DNA from: a virus
Taxonomy: Duplodnaviria; Caudoviricetes
Reading direction: 5' to 3' (one strand)
Virus record (IMG/VR): IMGVR_UViG_3300012953_000123
Location: 1-31,006 of that record
DNA length: 31,006 nt
Positions within the stretch are counted from its first letter, which is position 1. The number at the start of each line of letters is the position of its first letter. Shown here piece after piece: positions 25,532 to 31,006 of the stretch. The translations under genes and the position numbers were made by a program. The notes under the pieces are model-generated. The model searched no databases and was not told where the DNA came from. It saw only the letters and a program-made list of their open reading frames with translations.

Positions 25532-27607
25532 ATGGCACAGTATAATAAGTCATTTAACTTTAAGAATGGCCTGCAAGTTGATAATAATAACTTTATTGTC
25601 AATGCAAGTGGATTGGTAGGCATTGGTTCAACTATCCCATCAGCTCATCTTGATGTGGTTGGGAGCATTGTCAATACAGGGGAAATAACAGCAGGAGGAG
25701 GAATTAGAGGAGGTAGATTATATTCTGCGGGAATCTCTACTTTCCTTGGAAGTGTTGGAGTAGGAACTACTGGTGGATTAACTGCTGATCCTCTTAATAC
25801 TTCATTACTTAATGCTGGTATTGTAACTGCTAGAGCTTATTTTGGAGATGGTTCATATTTAAGTAACATTGTAGGATTCGCAACAACGAAACTTATAGTC
25901 CATCAAGCAACAAATGGTGGTGCTAATAGTGGTCTTGCTACTGCTACTCCTGTTGGTTTAGGCACCAACCTAGCAAATACTAAATATGATCTTCTTATAG
26001 GTCATAACCCAGATAATATCCAATATCCAAATGCCCCTACAGTCTATGGTGGACTTGGATTTTTTGCTCATAGTGGTAGTTTAAAAGCAACTGGTATCAT
26101 TACTGCTATTGCTGGATTTGTTGGACCAGGTACATCTCTTACTGAACTTAGTGGTGGTAATATTAGTCAAGGAATTATTAATAATGATAGATTTCCTGTT
26201 TTAGATAGTAGTAAGTTCCCTTTAGTTACGAGAATTGGAGTAGGTGCTACTGCTGGTATTTCGACAGGTACACTTCAAGCAAAATATATTGATTTAACTG
26301 GAGAAGGTTCTGGCCCAAGTTCCCAACTTGGTATAGCAACAGCATATGCTTTTGTAGGTCTTCATACAGGTAATGTCTTAGGTGATGTCACAGGTAATGC
26401 TGATACTGCTACTACATTAAAGGTAGATTCTAGTGTTAATACGAGTGGAATCATCACAGCAACAGGTGGTTTTGTTGGTGGTGGAGCAAGTTTTACAAGT
26501 GCTGGTATAGGAAAGACAGAAATCCCATCTGGAAACTTGCAAGTACATGCTAATGGCACTGATAATGTTGATGTATTTGTAACGAGTGAAAATAAGATAG
26601 CAACTGTTGCTATTGGAAAGAGTTCAGTTATTACTGATAACAATGCTGTTATTAGATTTAATAATGATGCTGCTGGATGGTGGGATTCTGAATCTGCTAG
26701 ACGAAATACATTAGACATTGTAAACTACAGTCAAGGTAATATAAACTTTATAACTAATCCTGCTCAAGTTTCGGGTGCTTCTAGTGAAGGTGTTTTCACA
26801 TGGAGAAGAGGAGCAAATGTTACTCCTAGTATGGTATATGATCCTCAAAATGGAAGATTGAGTATTGGTAGTACTACACCAGAATATCCCTTAGATGTAA
26901 CTGGTATTTCTACATTTAGATCAAATGCTTTCTTTTCATCTACTTTGACAGCATATAATGTTACTGTAGATAATAACCTTGTAGGAGATGTTAATGGTGC
27001 GGTTAGATCAACTGACAGTACTAAAGTTTTCATAGACAAGGGAACAAATGATGCTGGAGCTAATGCTTATGTAAAGATCAATACTATTGCAGCAACAGGA
27101 GTCTCAACATTTGTTGATGTGCATGTTACTTCAGGTGGTATAGGGGTAAACACAGATCCAAATGATTCAACAAATAGCAACCATTTACTTACTCTTAATA
27201 ATAATAATAGTAACTACAGTCAAGTTATAGTTGATAATGCTGGTAGATTGGGTATTAAGACAGATACATTTTATGATGAGATTGGTTTAGCTAATCCCAC
27301 AACAGGATCATATTTTAGAATGATTGGTGTTGGAAGAACTCCAGCATCTTCTGTTGACTTTGGAGTTGCAGGTAACGCTCCAACTGGTTGGAAGGATGAG
27401 GATGAGTTAATAAAGACTAGGTTTATGATACCACCAACGGTAACTGATGCTCAAAGATCATCGTTAAGAAACAATGAAAATGGTACCGTATTGCCTAGTG
27501 GTTCATTAATATTCAATAGTGAGCATAATCAACTACAAATGTATGTTAGGTTTACAGCATCTGCTGGAACATGGGTTGGTATAGGAACAACAACATTAGC
27601 ATCATAA
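25532..27607 (+). CDS. Tail fibre-like structural protein
   Basis: Repeats VGIGSTIP-LDV, GISTF, GIVTA/GIITA, FGDGS-L; C-terminal PPTVTDAQR...GSLIFN...QLQMY...W. Confidence 0.8.
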   Translation: MAQYNKSFNFKNGLQVDNNNFIVNASGLVGIGSTIPSAHLDVVGSIVNTGEITAGGGIRGGRLYSAGISTFLGSVGVGTTGGLTADPLNTSLLNAGIVTARAYFGDGSYLSNIVGFATTKLIVHQATNGGANSGLATATPVGLGTNLANTKYDLLIGHNPDNIQYPNAPTVYGGLGFFAHSGSLKATGIITAIAGFVGPGTSLTELSGGNISQGIINNDRFPVLDSSKFPLVTRIGVGATAGISTGTLQAKYIDLTGEGSGPSSQLGIATAYAFVGLHTGNVLGDVTGNADTATTLKVDSSVNTSGIITATGGFVGGGASFTSAGIGKTEIPSGNLQVHANGTDNVDVFVTSENKIATVAIGKSSVITDNNAVIRFNNDAAGWWDSESARRNTLDIVNYSQGNINFITNPAQVSGASSEGVFTWRRGANVTPSMVYDPQNGRLSIGSTTPEYPLDVTGISTFRSNAFFSSTLTAYNVTVDNNLVGDVNGAVRSTDSTKVFIDKGTNDAGANAYVKINTIAATGVSTFVDVHVTSGGIGVNTDPNDSTNSNHLLTLNNNNSNYSQVIVDNAGRLGIKTDTFYDEIGLANPTTGSYFRMIGVGRTPASSVDFGVAGNAPTGWKDEDELIKTRFMIPPTVTDAQRSSLRNNENGTVLPSGSLIFNSEHNQLQMYVRFTASAGTWVGIGTTTLAS

Positions 27608-27611
27608 AGTT

Positions 27612-28757
27612 ATGACATTACCTGCATCAAACTTAAATGGGGATGGATTTCCCCAGACTCAATTATCATTTGGTCAAATAGAAACTGAATTTGGTCAAAC
27701 TAGTAGTAGACGAATAGGTCAGTATAGGACGACTAGGGTTTATGGAGCTTGGAGTACTGCTAATGCTGGTATATCTCCCACCATATCTTCTAATGGATTA
27801 TCATTCCCTTTATCAACTAATGCTGGACGTACTGCTAATCAAGATATTCCAACTTCAGGGGAAATAAAGTTTAGTGATTTTTTTAGTGGAAAACGTACAG
27901 TTTTGATTGATGCTTATAGTGTTACTGAGAATGCAAGCATGTTGACGTTTGCTGCATCAGGCACACGTTATCAAAACTACACTATGAACGCTAAAACGGC
28001 ATGGAACAATGGTAATAGGGTTAGAGTAGGTGGAGAAAATATAAGTGAACAACCTTCTTCAGATCCTGCCAATACAAAAGTAATATTATATGTTAATAAG
28101 TGGTTGCCAGGTACACCAAGTGGGGATTTGCCTCAAGAGGTTAAATCATATGTTGCACTTAAAACTGGATCATGGCCTGCTAGTACTGATTTACATGTAA
28201 TAGTTGGAGATCAGGGTAGAATAACTGGTGGTGGTGGAAGAGGTGGTAATGCTGGAGATGGTGAAGAAAATGGTACTGCAGGTAAAGGAGGAACAAGTGC
28301 CTTTGGTGCAAATAATGCCGTGACTGTAACTGTTAAAAATGGTGGTGTAATTAGAAGAGGATATGGTGGCGGCGGTGGTGGAGGTGGTTACTATTCCTCA
28401 AGTAAATGGAGCACCACAACACAGCAAGGCGGTGGCGGCGGTGGCGGCGGCGGATACTCTATTCAGGGATTATCTTCTGGTGGTAGTGGTCATAATGCTG
28501 GTGGTGCTGGTGCAGTAAATGGTGGTGGTGCTGGTGGTACAAGAGATGGGTCAGCTGGAGATGGTGGAGATGGTGGAGATAGTGCCGCACCAATTGCAGA
28601 AAATGGAGATGATGGTAATCAAAGTGGTGGAGATAAAGGTAGTGCTGGTAATGGTTTTAGAGAAACATCGAATGGTCTTATTACACTTATTGTTGAAAGT
28701 GGAGCAAAGGTTCCCAACCAAGCAACTCCAGTAGGAGTAAGTCGCCAACTATCTTAA
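27612..28757 (+). CDS. Glycine-rich fibre-tip adhesin (T-even gp38-like)
   Basis: N-terminal LSFGQIETEFG...SGEIKFSDF; GRITGGGGRGGNAG, NGGVIRRGYGGGGGGGG and QQGGGGGGGGGY polyglycine motifs. Confidence 0.72.
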   Translation: MTLPASNLNGDGFPQTQLSFGQIETEFGQTSSRRIGQYRTTRVYGAWSTANAGISPTISSNGLSFPLSTNAGRTANQDIPTSGEIKFSDFFSGKRTVLIDAYSVTENASMLTFAASGTRYQNYTMNAKTAWNNGNRVRVGGENISEQPSSDPANTKVILYVNKWLPGTPSGDLPQEVKSYVALKTGSWPASTDLHVIVGDQGRITGGGGRGGNAGDGEENGTAGKGGTSAFGANNAVTVTVKNGGVIRRGYGGGGGGGGYYSSSKWSTTTQQGGGGGGGGGYSIQGLSSGGSGHNAGGAGAVNGGGAGGTRDGSAGDGGDGGDSAAPIAENGDDGNQSGGDKGSAGNGFRETSNGLITLIVESGAKVPNQATPVGVSRQLS

Positions 28758-28764
28758 CTAAATA
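28758..28764 (+). promoter_or_regulatory. Putative late promoter (CTAAATA)
   Basis: Directly after the adhesin stop and upstream of the oxygenase cassette. Confidence 0.55.
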
Positions 28765-28792
28765 ATTTTACTTCTATATGAATGGGTGAGTG

Positions 28793-29314
28793 ATGGAAGT
28801 CACAGTTACTACATTAGCACAGATTGATTTAATTCAAGGAGAATCTAGTGCTGATTTGGATGGACTTGAAAAAATACTACTAGATAACTATACTACGAGA
28901 TTAAGTGAGAACGCTCCTAGTATATTGTTCGAGGATTCTTATTGTCCCCCTAATCCTATTGTAGATAGTATTGTCGAGGAAATGAAAACTGCATTTCAAG
29001 CAGTTACAGGGGAGAAAATAAAGGTAGAAGGGTATTGGGGACATATCCACGAGAAACATATGTCTACAAATACACATAATCATTACCCTCATTATGTGTC
29101 AGCCGTTCTTTATGTTGCAATTCCTGAAGGATCTGGTACAATAGTATTCAGACCTTCATTGAATAGACATGATAATACAGCTTATGCGTCCCATTTTTCA
29201 CCAAAACAAGGACGTTTTTTTATCTTTCCTAGTTATCTTGACCACTATGTAACAAGAAATCAATCAGACGAAAAACGTATTTCAATCTCATTTAATTTTA
29301 GTAAAGATGTATAG
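28793..29314 (+). CDS. Putative 2OG-Fe(II) oxygenase (TIGR02466-like)
   Basis: W...HNH...VSAVLYV...P-GSG...FFIFPSYLDHYV..NQSDEKRISISFN; start GTG 28790 or ATG 28793. Confidence 0.88.
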   Translation: MEVTVTTLAQIDLIQGESSADLDGLEKILLDNYTTRLSENAPSILFEDSYCPPNPIVDSIVEEMKTAFQAVTGEKIKVEGYWGHIHEKHMSTNTHNHYPHYVSAVLYVAIPEGSGTIVFRPSLNRHDNTAYASHFSPKQGRFFIFPSYLDHYVTRNQSDEKRISISFNFSKDV

Positions 29315-29654
29315 TATTTTTAGAATAGAGGAATATAATCCTCAAACTGAGCAGATACGAGTAAGATTTTGTGAGGAACAATCACATTATCCTATTGGTA
29401 AAGGGAAATCTGTAATGATAGATTGTAAAGCACTAGATTGTTATAATGCTTCTACTTTTGCCTTTAGTTTAATGAAATCTTATGGAGAATCTAGAATAAG
29501 AAAACAAAAGGATAAACAACCTGTTCTTTCTGAAAATATGGGTGGTGAAATAGAGGGTAAGTTAAATATACAGGATCTAGTAGGAAAAATTATAAAAGTT
29601 AAGAATCAACCTAGAACTATGAATATATTGAAAGTAAAGGAAGTTTCACTATGA
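29307..29654 (+). CDS. Hypothetical protein
   Basis: 115-aa ORF overlapping both neighbours. Confidence 0.7.
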   Translation: MYSIFRIEEYNPQTEQIRVRFCEEQSHYPIGKGKSVMIDCKALDCYNASTFAFSLMKSYGESRIRKQKDKQPVLSENMGGEIEGKLNIQDLVGKIIKVKNQPRTMNILKVKEVSL

Positions 29655-29842
29655 AGATTGAGGTAGATTATGATCAACTAATCTATTTACGTAACACATT
29701 ATCTTGGTTAAAGGTATATAAACCCTATCAAGATAGGGGTGACTTGCAATTTGGTGCTAAACTATGGTATGATTATCATCAAGACTTACTAGATAAAGTT
29801 AACATGGAGTTAAAAAAATATGAGTGTAAAGAGATACTTTAA
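29651..29842 (+). CDS. Hypothetical protein
   Basis: 63-aa ORF with an ATGA overlap. Confidence 0.6.
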   Translation: MKIEVDYDQLIYLRNTLSWLKVYKPYQDRGDLQFGAKLWYDYHQDLLDKVNMELKKYECKEIL

Positions 29843-30290
29843 AAAATGTTTAGACTTCTCCCTTTGTTGCACCATTGGTGATGCAGACGAGATTCATGCA
29901 GAGCATGAAAGAGAGAGGACATCAATGTATCAGATTATGGTCAAAGGATCTGGTAAAATGGGAGTACCATTCGATGATAATCTTACAGAGATAGCCACAG
30001 CTCCTGCCTTTGTAAATATAAAGAAATATATGGGGAAACATACAATATTCCACTCTAATGAACCATTTATAATGTATGGATTTAATACATTGGATAAGAA
30101 ACAACTATGGGATGCAAAGATGGTTACTGAATCTTTTAAAGGTAATGATTGTGGTCGTCTTGTATGTTTTGATGGTAGACCTGTTATCAATGGTGTGGAA
30201 CTAGAAAGAATGGATTACGCAAAGTTAGAAGATAAAGATTATGATGTACAAATAAATGATGGTCTAGTAGGTTTATTCTGGAAGATATGA
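29820..30290 (+). CDS. Hypothetical protein, possibly cupin-like
   Basis: 156 aa, beta-rich (YQIMVKGSG, LVCFDGRPVING); GGAG upstream. Confidence 0.7.
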   Translation: MSVKRYFKKCLDFSLCCTIGDADEIHAEHERERTSMYQIMVKGSGKMGVPFDDNLTEIATAPAFVNIKKYMGKHTIFHSNEPFIMYGFNTLDKKQLWDAKMVTESFKGNDCGRLVCFDGRPVINGVELERMDYAKLEDKDYDVQINDGLVGLFWKI

Positions 30291-30769
30291 TAACCCAAGA
30301 TGATTTACAAACATTATATGAATGGGGAAAAGTAACAACATTTCCACTTAAAAAAGTACCTACTGCCATAGGTTATAGTAATAAAGATATTTACCTAGCA
30401 TGGTTAAAAGGTGCTGGTAAACGTATAATGATTAGAAGAAAGTTAATGACTGATAAAGTTATTAAGATCTTTGAGAATGAGGATATAATATATTCAACAT
30501 ATTCTATATTCTATGCTGGAACTATACTTAATCCACATAAAGACCCTGATGTGTACCCACACAGATATAAAAGAATACAGTTACCTTTAACTATTCCTGA
30601 TAAAGACAAGTGTTACATGAACTGGCAAGGTAAGAGAGTATCATGGGAAGAGGGAGTTGCTCAATGCTATCCTGTAATGGATTATGTACATGATGGTGGT
30701 AATATTTCAGATGAATCAATGGAGTTTATAATGTTAGATGTGAAGCATGAAACTGAAGTTGAAATATAA
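30287..30769 (+). CDS. Aspartyl/asparaginyl beta-hydroxylase-family 2OG-Fe(II) oxygenase
   Basis: GTILNPHKDP (HxD), RIQLPLTIP, SWEEG, VHDGGN, FIMLD. Confidence 0.8.
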   Translation: MITQDDLQTLYEWGKVTTFPLKKVPTAIGYSNKDIYLAWLKGAGKRIMIRRKLMTDKVIKIFENEDIIYSTYSIFYAGTILNPHKDPDVYPHRYKRIQLPLTIPDKDKCYMNWQGKRVSWEEGVAQCYPVMDYVHDGGNISDESMEFIMLDVKHETEVEI

Positions 30770-30825
30770 AATCTTATAACTAGCATTGCTAGGGCTTAAG
30801 GCAGGGCTCATCAAAAATTTAAAGG

Positions 30826-30880
30826 GACGGTTGAAGAACTGTCACAAAACCCACCACAGGGTCTTTTTTTATGCTATAAT
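30826..30880 (+). promoter_or_regulatory. Inverted repeat, weak hairpin/T-tract and extended -10 promoter upstream of the helicase
   Basis: GACGGTT-GAAG-AACTGTC (30826-30843); ACCC-ACCACA-GGGT followed by a T7 tract; TGCTATAAT at 30872-30880. Confidence 0.6.
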
Positions 30881-30901
30881 ACTTACAGTTACAAAACATT
30901 A

Positions 30902-31006
30902 ATGCCATTACGTCCACACCAAACTGATGCTCTGGATGCCATGGCAAAGAACTCTAAAGGTCAGGTTATTGTACCTACTGGCGGTGGTAAGACCATGTGT
31001 ATGATA
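30902..31006 (+). CDS. SF2 (DEAD/ResIII-like) helicase, N-terminal fragment (3' truncated by the window edge)
   Basis: Hand translation MPLRPHQTDALDAMAKNSKGQVIVPTGGGKTMCMI: Q-motif LRPHQ and Walker A PTGGGKT. Confidence 0.88.
   Translation, partial: MPLRPHQTDALDAMAKNSKGQVIVPTGGGKTMCMI

Noticed and set aside
16201-28757. Diversity-generating retroelement or invertase-based fibre switching
   Set aside because: No reverse transcriptase or recombinase ORF, and no template/variable repeat pair or inverted crossover sites noticed by eye; a dot-plot would be needed to exclude this fully.
2643-30369. Numerous 60-120 aa alternate-frame and antisense ORFs in the track
   Set aside because: Nested in or largely overlapping well-supported genes, with no recognisable motifs or ribosome-binding sites.
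1-31006. tRNA, rRNA, intron or intein
   Set aside because: Intergenic gaps are very short; no cloverleaf, homing endonuclease or intein splice motifs recognised.

Overview
AT-rich segment of a T4-like (myovirus) marine phage genome, most consistent with a cyanophage (thyX, phoH, a DUF1825-like gene, gp33/gp59/gp32, cyanophage-type baseplate gene order). Three blocks are visible. (1) Replication/late-transcription genes at 1-4291. (2) A divergently arranged tail/baseplate module at 4294-16201: gp53, gp48, gp2-like, gp4, gp54-like on the minus strand; gp26, gp51-like, tape-measure-like pair, hub, and a gp5 split into three ORFs on the plus strand. (3) A receptor-binding/accessory block at 16201-30769 (beta-helix tailspike, 1849-aa fibre with S74 chaperone, 691-aa fibre, Gly-rich gp38-like adhesin, 2OG-Fe(II) oxygenase cassette), followed by the start of an SF2 helicase. 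The main finding is a complete candidate -1 programmed ribosomal frameshift at the end of gp26 (internal GGAGG, T_TTT_TTC, 3' hairpin). It would fuse gp26 to a gp51-like frame that lacks its own start codon, directly upstream of the tape-measure-like gene, like the lambda G/GT arrangement. The second finding is a tailspike whose beta-helix core resembles the Bacillus phage phi29 gp12 appendage but carries a large fibre-type insertion. Family assignments come from motif recognition from memory; no searches were run.
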